Assembly (NCBI GenBank): GCA_002722735.1
Contig: PBMR01000009.1
Location: 42,881-106,880, forward strand
Direction: 5' to 3'
DNA length: 64,000 bases
Source: Methanobacteriota archaeon
Lineage (GTDB): Archaea; Thermoplasmatota; Poseidoniia; Poseidoniales; Thalassarchaeaceae
The position numbers were made by a program, and so were the translations under genes. Shown piece by piece: positions 16,549-25,397 of the stretch; within the stretch, counting starts at the first letter, position 1; each line of letters opens with the position of its first letter. A model generated the notes under the pieces. The model saw nothing but the letters and a program-made list of their open reading frames with translations. It did no database searches and was not told where the DNA came from.

Positions 16549-19026
16549 CTATGACAAATTGTGCATATTCGTGAGTGTATTTTCGAAGACTAGCAAGTTT
16601 TCGGGAATATCCACACCCTCGATAGGAGACTTGAGAGAAATACCACTATCCTTCTTCATCTTCCAGATCATTGAATTGAAAGAGATCAATGAGTCGGTGA
16701 GCCCCTTCATAGATTCGAACATGTTGGCACCGCAGGTGTCCGGAATCCTCGGGAACCCCACAACATCTACAGCGCTTCTCCCGTATAGGGTAGTGCTGAG
16801 GTAGTGGGTGAAGAAAGGGCATATTGGGGTGAAGGCGCTCATCAGGTCCCTAACCACCCTGTGAAGGGCCCACGTGGCCGAATCATTGCCGTCGTACAGC
16901 CTCGACTTGGACATCTCAAGCCAGTGGCTAGGGAAAATCCCGGTGCCGAAGGCCTTGATGGACTGGGCGGCAGTGTAAATGTCAATCTCTGCCCATGCAC
17001 TTTCGACTACTGAGAGCGTGTGGTCGAACTCAGATAGAATCCATACGTCCTCCGGCTCGAGATCGGGGGGGATATCCAAGTTCTCTGGGGCATCAAACTG
17101 GCTAGCGAACCTAGCGATGTTGAACATCTTGGTCAGTATGCCGTAGTACTTCGTCTCGATCTCCTCTGGGTTGATGTGGAAATCATCACCAACCTGCGCG
17201 TCGCAAGCTTTCCAGAGCCTGAAGCACTCGCTACCGATCTTGTTGGCCTTGAGGACTACTTGCTTGCCGTCAGCCCCCCTGATCTTCCATGACCCGGTCC
17301 TACCCCCTGCTCCGCATTCCAGAATGCTGTCGGCATCAATGCCGTTGCCCAGAGACTTGGACATCTTACGGCCCCAGGGATCCATACCCAGCCCGTCGAT
17401 CCAGATGCTATGGAAACCAGGCTGATCGAGGAGAAGCGCGCTCTTCAGGAGGGTGTAGTATAACCAGGTGCGAACGATTTCCTTGCCCTGAGGCCTGATT
17501 GAGGTGGGGAAGGCCCTCTCGAAAAGATTGGGGTCGCTGATGTATCCGGAGACATAGAGATTGGAGTTAGAGGAATCCATCCAAGTATCGAACACCTTCT
17601 CCTCGCCGGACAATGCACCGAGACTACTCTCCATCTCACCATAATTTCCAAGGAACTTTCTGGTTTCCCGGTCAAGAACCTCCGATCCAGGGGGCGGATA
17701 CTCCCTCCATGGTTGTACGTAGCAGCCCTGTGGGGGGACGACTACTTTGTCCCCGTCCTCGGAATACCATATCGGCACCTCTGTGTGGTACCATCTACGT
17801 CGACTGATGGGCCAGTCAATCGAAATTCCGTCCATCCAGTCATGGAGGTACTGCCTATTGCGCTCGGGAATGAATATACTCTGATCAGAGAGCTCTCGCA
17901 GCCTGTCAAGGATATGCGTCTGTCTGACGTACCATTCCTTTAGCAGGATGATCTCGATGGGATTGCCCCCCCTCTCACTGACCGGGACTTCCTGCATCCT
18001 CTCCTCGGTGGACACAAGGCAGCCCGATTCGCGCAGCAAGTCGATAGCGTTCTTTCGTGCCTCGAAGGCTGGAAGGCCCTCAAGAGGCCCAGCAATGGAA
18101 GTCATCTTCCCGTCCATATCGATTGCTACGTGGGGGCGAAGGGCCAATTCTCTGAACACTGCGACGTCATTCTGGTCACCAAAGGAGCAAATCATCAGAA
18201 CTCCGCTGCCAAAGTCCATTCTCACTGAGGGGTGTGCGAGGATTTCGACGGTGTCCTCTCGTCCGCTGACAGGCATGGGCAGACGAACCCTCTTGCCGAC
18301 TAAGTGTGAATACCGTTCGTCGTTTGGGTGTACTACGACAACCCCGCATGCGCAGATCAACTCGGGGCGGGTGGTTGTGATGACGACCTCCTCACCGTCC
18401 ACAGTGGTCCATGATATGCCACATAGCACAGTTTTGCGGGAAATGCGCTGAACCTCGGCTTCAGCAAGAGTAGTGCCTTCGACTGGGTCGTAGAGGTTGG
18501 GCCGGAGATCCTCGATAATTGACCCGCTCTTGAACAGGTCTACGAAAATTGATTGGGTTACGGCCCGGTAGTCAGGGGCATCAGTAAGGTACTCGTTTTC
18601 ATAGTCGCATGACAGACCGACTCTCTTGGCAGTCTGCCTCATCTCGTGGGTATATTCCTCGATGACTTCGGTGCAGAGGTCCAGAAACTCCCCACGGTCA
18701 TAGCTCCTCATCTTGCGACCGGTCTTCTTCTCAACAGTGAATTCGATGTTGATGCCATTACGATCGACACCCCATGGGAAGCGCACCTCCTTCCCCAACA
18801 GCCTCTGGCTACGTGCGATCACATCGATCATGCTGTACTGTGCGACAGCACCGATGTGCCAAGTTCCACTGGGATAGGGTGGAGGGGTGTCGATGATGAA
18901 AAGTTCACGTTCGCTTGTTGGGTCGAATGAATATCGTTGTTCATAACCGTCATCATAGTGCTCCTGTTGGATCTTCTTCTCGAGATCCACAGTCCACCTT
19001 TTGTCAGATATCTTAGGCTCTCCCAT
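16549..19026 (-). CDS. valS: valyl-tRNA synthetase
   Basis: IDTPPPYPSGTWHIG (HIGH region), KMSKSLGN and an editing-domain-sized insert. GGAGGTGA precedes the ATG. Confidence 0.85.
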   Translation of the reverse strand: MGEPKISDKRWTVDLEKKIQQEHYDDGYEQRYSFDPTSERELFIIDTPPPYPSGTWHIGAVAQYSMIDVIARSQRLLGKEVRFPWGVDRNGINIEFTVEKKTGRKMRSYDRGEFLDLCTEVIEEYTHEMRQTAKRVGLSCDYENEYLTDAPDYRAVTQSIFVDLFKSGSIIEDLRPNLYDPVEGTTLAEAEVQRISRKTVLCGISWTTVDGEEVVITTTRPELICACGVVVVHPNDERYSHLVGKRVRLPMPVSGREDTVEILAHPSVRMDFGSGVLMICSFGDQNDVAVFRELALRPHVAIDMDGKMTSIAGPLEGLPAFEARKNAIDLLRESGCLVSTEERMQEVPVSERGGNPIEIILLKEWYVRQTHILDRLRELSDQSIFIPERNRQYLHDWMDGISIDWPISRRRWYHTEVPIWYSEDGDKVVVPPQGCYVQPWREYPPPGSEVLDRETRKFLGNYGEMESSLGALSGEEKVFDTWMDSSNSNLYVSGYISDPNLFERAFPTSIRPQGKEIVRTWLYYTLLKSALLLDQPGFHSIWIDGLGMDPWGRKMSKSLGNGIDADSILECGAGGRTGSWKIRGADGKQVVLKANKIGSECFRLWKACDAQVGDDFHINPEEIETKYYGILTKMFNIARFASQFDAPENLDIPPDLEPEDVWILSEFDHTLSVVESAWAEIDIYTAAQSIKAFGTGIFPSHWLEMSKSRLYDGNDSATWALHRVVRDLMSAFTPICPFFTHYLSTTLYGRSAVDVVGFPRIPDTCGANMFESMKGLTDSLISFNSMIWKMKKDSGISLKSPIEGVDIPENLLVFENTLTNMHNLS

Positions 19027-19155
19027 CGAATCACCTCCTACGCTGCCATGCCATTGACGTACATTCTTGACCGTTACCTAAGAAAATACAGAAAACACCC
19101 CACACCGCGAAATACATCGGCGTGGGGTTGAAGGGATGTCTAGCGGCACATCTCA

Positions 19156-22125
19156 ATGAGCGGAACCATGAGGGACGAGGAACCAAGCCATGGGGGGGAT
19201 CGGAATTCTGGCCCTGACTCGCCTTTCGCTAGTGGGTTCGAACGAATCAGCTATGTGGGAAACCGTATCAAAACTCTGGACGGTGCCAGTGCTGAGAGGG
19301 CGATTATCCGTGCCCCCAACCTTCTGAGGAGGAAGATGAGGGATGCTAGTGCGACCTCAATCATCACAATGGCCCCTGTTGTCGCAGTCATCCTCTCTTT
19401 GGGCTTCACTATCCTATTGCTCCCCCACTCAGGCGTCAACGACTGCAGAGAGGGGTATGACTTCGATTGGTGCAGCGCAGAGCCCGCTTTGAACGTGAAT
19501 GGGGATCTGGAGGTCTACCTGCCCAATGACGAAAACCCCGAGAGCGTGAAGAATCTTATTGCCGAGGTTGAATTGGACTGGACTACCAATGTCATGGTAA
19601 TCTATGTCGAATCCGAGGATTTCAATATCACACAAACTAGCATCTTGGATCAGATAGACAAGGTCGAGAGGGAGCTCAACCCCGTCATGAATGACGGCGG
19701 CTACGAGGACAACGTCATCTACGTCCTCTCGATCTCCACTGTGATCAAGGAGGTCAACTCTAGTGGTGGAAGGGTCATCAAGGCCTTCGTTTCCGGTTTG
19801 GCCGATTCTTTCGACTTAGACTCTGACGAGATTAATGAGACGATAGACGCCCAAAGCGATATTATTGGCAATTATGCAATTCCTGACGAGCAAGAGCGAG
19901 TTGACCAAATCCTCCAGGAGATGCCTCAGAACGCACTGGACAAGCTAGTTCGTGATGTCGGACGAGACCTTGATGGTGATGGGATAAAGGAGGCTGAACG
20001 CGCCTTTTTCTGGAACCGAGGCGTGATTATCATCGGAATATCTGATGACATTAGTGGCAACCTGTCTATCGGTGACATAGTTGATGACACCCAGAGTCGC
20101 ATTGATCGCATCGCTGAAGATGAGGGATGGGCTAACATGAACCTCACCATGACTCTGACTGGACCCGCACCGTTAACCAACGCAGTCACCGAGGAGTCAT
20201 TCAAGCTGTTCTGGGAGGTTTTCCCCGTTGGCGTTGCTGCAGTGGCACTCGGGCTCTTCATCTTCCACTGTGATCTCCTGCAAACTGGGAGGATCAGGTT
20301 CGTTCAGGGGATTAAGGTAGTCATCATCTCCGGATTGCCAACTCTATGCGCTGTTTGGGTGACTCTTGGAATCATTGGCCTGACTGACTACGAGGTGACC
20401 ATGACCGTCATCCTCGTTGGCCCTATCATACTCGCTTTGGGTGTGTCATACGGGTTGCACATTACCAATCGTTATGCTGAGTCAAAGGGAACTCCCCAGG
20501 AGAAAATGTCCATCGCGCTCAATTCTACTGGCAGGGCAGTTTTCCTATCGGCCATGACCACCATCATTGGTTTCATTTCCCTAACCTTCGCTCCAATGAA
20601 ACCGATCCAGACTGTTGGTTGGGCCCTTGCAGGAGGAATTCTTGTTGTCTATATCATGACTATGGTTATGGTGCCCAACTTGACAATCCTCCTTGATTTG
20701 AAGAAGCCATCCCATCCACCTCCGAGGGTATTTGTCGCTGCTGTCAACATGCCCATCAAGTGGTCAAAGGTCACAATAGTCATATTCCTGTCTTTCATGC
20801 TTCTCTCAGCTGGTTACAATAGGAACAATGTCGAAGAGAACATCGATTTGCTCAAGATGGCCCCCAATGATGTTGCTGCCGTACAGAAGATGGCCGTTTA
20901 CTCTGAGGAGTTCGAAGCCGGCCAACCTGGCTTCCTACTTGTTGATGCCGACATTAAGGCCAATCCTGAGATAAACCTGGCGGGATTCACAGCTGAGCAT
21001 CCCTACGCCAATCTCGAGGGCATAGAGAAGCTTGAAGGGAACTGCAATAACGTCGAAAATGCTACTGCTGTCTCCATCGTTTTCCTCATGAAGGCTATAG
21101 CTGTGGGCGTCAATGTCTCAGGGACGCCCATCTCCGACATCATAGAGGACCAGCCTTTACCCGATCCAATCAAAGAGCTCGCAGACCTGATTTTCAATCG
21201 CGAGCAGTCTGGAAACGTATCCTTCTGGACTATACTTGACACCCTCGATGCACAAGAGGACGACGGTGGCAGACAGGTTCAGAACTTCCTCTTGTACGTA
21301 TTCTACAATAGCATGACCGATGAAATGAGGGAGTTGTTCATATCTCCCGACTACCAACGAACACTCATCTATATTGACATGCCCTTCATGGATGTCCAAT
21401 CTACCAAGAAGACTGCAAATGAGATCAATGCATGGGCTAAGGCAGCAGGCGACTCCTCCAATCCAATTGACGTTCTCGGCGACTCTTTGATTGGTGTTGC
21501 TTCGGTGACAATAGAGGTCAACAACCTGATTGTCGATTCCCAGTGGACTTCCCTCGCCTTTGCGCTTGGCTTTACCATACTCACCTTGGCTCTGGTATTC
21601 AGGGACATTCGCTATGCATTACTAACTACGATTCCGGTCGGGTTCACAGTGACAATGCAGTGGCTGGTAATGGATTCAGGGGGGGTCACTCTCTCACTGG
21701 TCACTGTGATGATCGGCTCCATTCTGGTTGGAGTCGGCATCGACTTCTCGATTCACATTGCCAATCGGGTGAAGGAGCTCGGCGGCACCATCGAGGCCAT
21801 ACGCACGTCATGTGCCAGTACTGGAATGAGTCTGTTCGAAGCCACGACTGTCACTGCCGCAGGGCTTACCTGTGCCTATGGGATTCCCATTGAGGCAATT
21901 ACGCCTTTCGTCACGGTAATCATCATCCTACTGATTATCGCGGCTCTCTCAGCATTGCTATTGCTGCCTGCTATATTTTCGTTCATGGTCAGCTCAAACC
22001 TCGGGCTGACTGGCGGTGTGGAGACTATGGTGAAGTCGGCGGGCCTCAGAAGGGCAATCGCCAGGGATGATGCTGACAGCATTGACGCTGCCCTCATTCA
22101 CGGACACACCAAAGATGCTTGGTAA
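19156..22125 (+). CDS. RND-superfamily / MMPL-like exporter (two 6-TM bundles with large extracytoplasmic loops)
   Basis: Two repeats of an SSD/MMPL-like TM bundle (..VILVGPIILALGVSYGLHITNRYAE.. and ..VMIGSILVGVGIDFSIHIANRV..). Confidence 0.75.
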   Translation: MSGTMRDEEPSHGGDRNSGPDSPFASGFERISYVGNRIKTLDGASAERAIIRAPNLLRRKMRDASATSIITMAPVVAVILSLGFTILLLPHSGVNDCREGYDFDWCSAEPALNVNGDLEVYLPNDENPESVKNLIAEVELDWTTNVMVIYVESEDFNITQTSILDQIDKVERELNPVMNDGGYEDNVIYVLSISTVIKEVNSSGGRVIKAFVSGLADSFDLDSDEINETIDAQSDIIGNYAIPDEQERVDQILQEMPQNALDKLVRDVGRDLDGDGIKEAERAFFWNRGVIIIGISDDISGNLSIGDIVDDTQSRIDRIAEDEGWANMNLTMTLTGPAPLTNAVTEESFKLFWEVFPVGVAAVALGLFIFHCDLLQTGRIRFVQGIKVVIISGLPTLCAVWVTLGIIGLTDYEVTMTVILVGPIILALGVSYGLHITNRYAESKGTPQEKMSIALNSTGRAVFLSAMTTIIGFISLTFAPMKPIQTVGWALAGGILVVYIMTMVMVPNLTILLDLKKPSHPPPRVFVAAVNMPIKWSKVTIVIFLSFMLLSAGYNRNNVEENIDLLKMAPNDVAAVQKMAVYSEEFEAGQPGFLLVDADIKANPEINLAGFTAEHPYANLEGIEKLEGNCNNVENATAVSIVFLMKAIAVGVNVSGTPISDIIEDQPLPDPIKELADLIFNREQSGNVSFWTILDTLDAQEDDGGRQVQNFLLYVFYNSMTDEMRELFISPDYQRTLIYIDMPFMDVQSTKKTANEINAWAKAAGDSSNPIDVLGDSLIGVASVTIEVNNLIVDSQWTSLAFALGFTILTLALVFRDIRYALLTTIPVGFTVTMQWLVMDSGGVTLSLVTVMIGSILVGVGIDFSIHIANRVKELGGTIEAIRTSCASTGMSLFEATTVTAAGLTCAYGIPIEAITPFVTVIIILLIIAALSALLLLPAIFSFMVSSNLGLTGGVETMVKSAGLRRAIARDDADSIDAALIHGHTKDAW

Positions 22126-22160
22126 CGCTAACTTGATTGCGGCAACATCTAGCGGGCATC

Positions 22161-22634
22161 ATGCCCAACTACTGGTTGATGAAGAGTGAGCCTCATGTGT
22201 ATCCATGGAGCCAATTGGTAAATGATGGATCGACGCACTGGGACGGAGTCAGAAACTACCAGGCAAGGAACATCATGAGGGACGACATGGTCGTCGGCGA
22301 CCTCGTTCTATTCTATCATTCAAACTGCAAACCACCACACGTTGTCGGCGTTGCCAGGGTCTGCAAAGGAGCATATCCAGATTTCACCGCTCAGGACCCA
22401 AACTCAAACTACTACGACCCCAAGGCGACATCGGATGACCCAAGGTGGATTATGGTTGACATAGAACCTGTCGTGGCGTTGCCCGAAATTGTCCCACTAC
22501 CCGATATGAGGGCCAGTACGAGCTTAGATGGGATGCCCCTGCTACAGCGATTCAGTAGATTGAGTGTTCAACCGGTGAATGAGGAACACTTCAAAATCGT
22601 CTGCGGCATGGGTGGCATGCCCCACCTTCCATGA
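22161..22634 (+). CDS. EVE (PUA-like) domain protein
   Basis: NYWLMKSEP..W..L...G...WDGVRNYQARN.MR..M..GDLVLFYHSN. ATG at 22161. Confidence 0.8.
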   Translation: MPNYWLMKSEPHVYPWSQLVNDGSTHWDGVRNYQARNIMRDDMVVGDLVLFYHSNCKPPHVVGVARVCKGAYPDFTAQDPNSNYYDPKATSDDPRWIMVDIEPVVALPEIVPLPDMRASTSLDGMPLLQRFSRLSVQPVNEEHFKIVCGMGGMPHLP

Positions 22635-22641
22635 AGGTGGG
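22621..22641. terminator. 9-bp stem / 3-nt loop hairpin between the convergent EVE gene and the SRP RNA
   Basis: CCCACCTTC-CAT-GAAGGTGGG. It contains the EVE stop codon (22632-22634) and lies just 3' of the SRP RNA on the other strand. Confidence 0.4.
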
Positions 22642-22650
22642 CGTGTCCTC

Positions 22651-22966
22651 GGTGGACGCTCGTCACAGATGGGACTTGAGCACCGATCTCCTCCATCCCG
22701 CAATCCCAAGGCATCCAGCATCCCCGGTCGGGCTGCTCGCTTCCGCGCCTGACCTGGTTCCCGGGCGTAAGACGATCGCCGATTCCCTCCGGAATCGGAT
22801 TTCGCCAACCTGGATCTCTTGGGGGCGAGACATCGACGTCAACCGGTGTGGTTCCAATAGCTCGTCTGCGCCGCCCTCGGACTTCGGGTCACCATTATTG
22901 ACGATTTGTGAATTGCAGAGCACGTCAACTCCCCCCCTAGCCCGAGAAACGAGCGGAGCGGTCACC
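22651..22966 (-). ncRNA. signal recognition particle RNA (archaeal 7S/SRP RNA); ends approximate
   Basis: Minus strand reads ..CCAGGUCAGGCGC-GGAA-GCGAGCAGCC.., the helix-8 asymmetric-loop/GNRA signature (compare E. coli 4.5S CCAGGUCAGGUCCGGAAGGAAGCAGCC). It is preceded by a helix-6-like hairpin CCGAUUCC-GGAG-GGAAUCGG with a GNAR loop. 5' GGUG..CGCUCGU can pair with 3' ACGAGCG..CACC. The region is GC-rich and carries three mutually overlapping ORFs. Confidence 0.8.
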
Positions 22967-22988
22967 TATGAATAATACCCAAGGAAAA

Positions 22989-23387
22989 TCAAGCTTCGTA
23001 CTTCGACGGACATCCAGTTTGAATCTCATGGGCTGAAAGGCTCCACGAACCAATGCTATCGGGATCCTGCTGAAATCCATCATCGCTGAAGTAACCCCTG
23101 ATGGAGACGATGATGCCTTCAGAAAACCCATCGGGGAGTGCTACAGAAGAGCAATCAACCAATACTGAATGTACAGTCCCCTCTAGTGAAAATTGACACT
23201 CGCTTATCTCAAAATCTGACACCGTGCCCCTGACGAAGATCTGACCCTGGTTGTAAATTTCTGGATCTTCCATAAGTTCGTCGACGGAATATTGGGTCTC
23301 AGGCCCAATGCTAATCATCGCCATTCCCAAAACTGCAACAAATAGTAAACCGACGACAAGAAGTCGGTTGAGACGACTGAGTGCCAT
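22989..23387 (-). CDS. ccmE: cytochrome c maturation heme chaperone CcmE, CXXXY variant
   Basis: N-terminal TM (RLNRLLVVGLLFVAVLG), OB-fold pattern IFVRGTV...ALPDGFSEGIIVSIRG and C-terminal AHEIQTGCPSKY in place of the bacterial HDENY. ATG at 23387. Confidence 0.75.
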   Translation of the reverse strand: MALSRLNRLLVVGLLFVAVLGMAMISIGPETQYSVDELMEDPEIYNQGQIFVRGTVSDFEISECQFSLEGTVHSVLVDCSSVALPDGFSEGIIVSIRGYFSDDGFQQDPDSIGSWSLSAHEIQTGCPSKYEA

Positions 23388-23422
23388 GTTGGCTCCTGTA
23401 GCCTCCTCGCGATAAAGGATGA

Positions 23423-24421
23423 CTACCCAACTGCTGCCCAATGTCCATGTGAAGAGCCGAAATCATCCTGCTGCAACAACCAATCGCCGTCCATGACAGG
23501 CCCGTCTTTGCAGATAAGGCGGTCCCCCACCATGCACAATCCACACACGGCCATCGAACAAGGGAGATACCTCTCCATGGCCGCATAGCATTTTATCGCC
23601 GAATCCACGGCCATCTGTAGAACTGGCAACATCATGGGTTCGGGTCCGCAGGTGAGAAGTACTGTTCGCCCATCGTGATAATTGCCTAGCAACTCAGGGA
23701 GAAGAGCCGTTGGAAACCCTTGCGTTCCAAGGGACCCGTCATCTGTTGTAATGCGAAGGCTGTCACAGATTGATTCCATTCTTGAAACGTAATGGGACTC
23801 TTCGGCATTCCGAAATCCCATTATCGCTTCAATCCGAACATCGTCACCCAGCCGGTGCCTAGCTTCTCGGGCGGCCATATGCATGGGGGTCGAACCAATC
23901 CCGCCTGAAACCAGAACTAATCGTTCTCCGGCGTTCATTTGGGGGAAAGCAGTTCCGAATGGCCCCCTTATGGCCAACCAGTCTCCGACACTCAATCTTG
24001 TCAGTTCACCGCTCTGCCTACCCAGGTCCTTTATGGTGAATCCGAGAAAATCACGACCTTGACGCCCCGTTTCCGCTTCAACCAATTGATGGGCATGGCT
24101 GTGTCCGACTCTGATGTCTCCAACGCTGTATGGTTTCTCAGAGTGGAAGTGAGGACGACTCATCCCTCCTGTTGAGTCATATGGATTCCAGCACATGAAG
24201 TATTGGCCGGGCCGATATTGTGTTGCCATAGAATTAGGTACCTGCACCCAGAGGGTAGCTATCCCTTCAGCCTCGAATTGCACTTCGACCAGAGGGAGGG
24301 GGATCGGGGCGGAAATCAATTTCCGGGGTTCAAATGAGAGGGCCAGCCTGAGAGAGCAAGCGTCAGAAAGTCTAGACATGTCGAGTGGTAGTCGATTGTG
24401 GGGTGGGGCCCTCAAACTCAT
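23423..24421 (-). CDS. pyrK: dihydroorotate dehydrogenase 1B electron-transfer subunit (FAD / 2Fe-2S)
   Basis: PGQYFM, SGGIGSTPM, and the C-terminal Cys cluster CSMAVCGLCMV...CKDGPV. ATGA overlap with pyrD. Confidence 0.8.
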   Translation of the reverse strand: MSLRAPPHNRLPLDMSRLSDACSLRLALSFEPRKLISAPIPLPLVEVQFEAEGIATLWVQVPNSMATQYRPGQYFMCWNPYDSTGGMSRPHFHSEKPYSVGDIRVGHSHAHQLVEAETGRQGRDFLGFTIKDLGRQSGELTRLSVGDWLAIRGPFGTAFPQMNAGERLVLVSGGIGSTPMHMAAREARHRLGDDVRIEAIMGFRNAEESHYVSRMESICDSLRITTDDGSLGTQGFPTALLPELLGNYHDGRTVLLTCGPEPMMLPVLQMAVDSAIKCYAAMERYLPCSMAVCGLCMVGDRLICKDGPVMDGDWLLQQDDFGSSHGHWAAVG

Positions 24422-25377
24422 GACAACCCTTCCAATGAATCCAGAGCGATGCCCTGCATCGATGAGATGTCCCGATAGCCGTTCAGATCCATGAATTCAG
24501 ACAACTCTACGGAGATTTCCTTGAATTTTTCCACATCCCCCCAGATCAAGGCACTACCAATCTGTACTGCGGATGCCCCAAGCATAACGAATCTGGCAAC
24601 ATCTAGTCCAGTGTTAATGCCCCCAATGCCTAGAATGGGTGCAGAGGGAATCTCCCCCCTCCTCATCGACAAGGCGATTTCGGCAACCTTCCGTTGTGCG
24701 ATTGGCCTGATTGCCGGACCAGATAATCCACACAGAAGATTTCCGATGACTGGCCTTCCAGCGTAGGGGTCGACTTCTATTGCGGAAACAGTGTTGATCA
24801 GGGATAATCCATCCGCACCTGCTTCAAGTGCTGCCTTGGCTTCGATTGTAATATCCGTTGTATTGGGTGTTAATTTCGCATATAGGGGGGCATCTACAGC
24901 ATCCCTTACAGCAGAGACGACATCATGGATCGATTTTGCCTGCTGGCCAATAATCAGTGCTCTGCTACCTGGTTTGGAATGGGGGCAGGAGAGATTCAGC
25001 TCAAACGCCGAAGCACCCGCATCGTCCAATTTTTTAGCGACTTCCACATATTCCTCAGCACAGCCTCCAAAGATCGATACCAACAGGGGTTTGGAAAAAT
25101 TCTCATTAGATAGAATTTCAGCAAAGACATCAGCTCCTGGATTGGGGAGCCCCATCGCGTTGAGGACGACGGAGTCCATGGCTTCGACACATACCGGCCC
25201 GGGATACATCTCCCTTGGAACAGGGCCGATGGATTTAGTCACCATTCCGCCGGCATCACTTGCGGCAACTCGCTGGAGCGCCCGAGCACTGCCTCCCTGC
25301 ACCCCAGATGCTAACATCAATGGGTTATGCATGACCAATCCCGGTAAACCTACAGAGAGGTCAGGCATGTGACTCAA
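24418..25377 (-). CDS. pyrD: dihydroorotate dehydrogenase, class 1B catalytic subunit
   Basis: NPLMLASGV, NAMGLPNPG, ELNLSCPHSKPG (Cys catalytic base) and GIGGI. Confidence 0.85.
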   Translation of the reverse strand: MSHMPDLSVGLPGLVMHNPLMLASGVQGGSARALQRVAASDAGGMVTKSIGPVPREMYPGPVCVEAMDSVVLNAMGLPNPGADVFAEILSNENFSKPLLVSIFGGCAEEYVEVAKKLDDAGASAFELNLSCPHSKPGSRALIIGQQAKSIHDVVSAVRDAVDAPLYAKLTPNTTDITIEAKAALEAGADGLSLINTVSAIEVDPYAGRPVIGNLLCGLSGPAIRPIAQRKVAEIALSMRRGEIPSAPILGIGGINTGLDVARFVMLGASAVQIGSALIWGDVEKFKEISVELSEFMDLNGYRDISSMQGIALDSLEGLS

Positions 25378-25397
25378 CGCAGTGTGGTGGCATAGTG

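Noticed and set aside
19235-19243. GGTTCGAAC T-loop-like string that might indicate a tRNA
   Set aside because: It lies inside the RND-exporter coding frame. The flanks cannot be folded into acceptor, D or anticodon arms.
22542-22975. Three ORFs of 88-114 aa on both strands (22542..22808 -, 22631..22975 +, 22663..22965 -)
   Set aside because: They overlap one another, are Arg/Pro/Gly/Ser-rich as expected from GC-rich non-coding sequence, and coincide with the SRP RNA helix 6/helix 8 motifs. They are interpreted as artefacts of the RNA gene.
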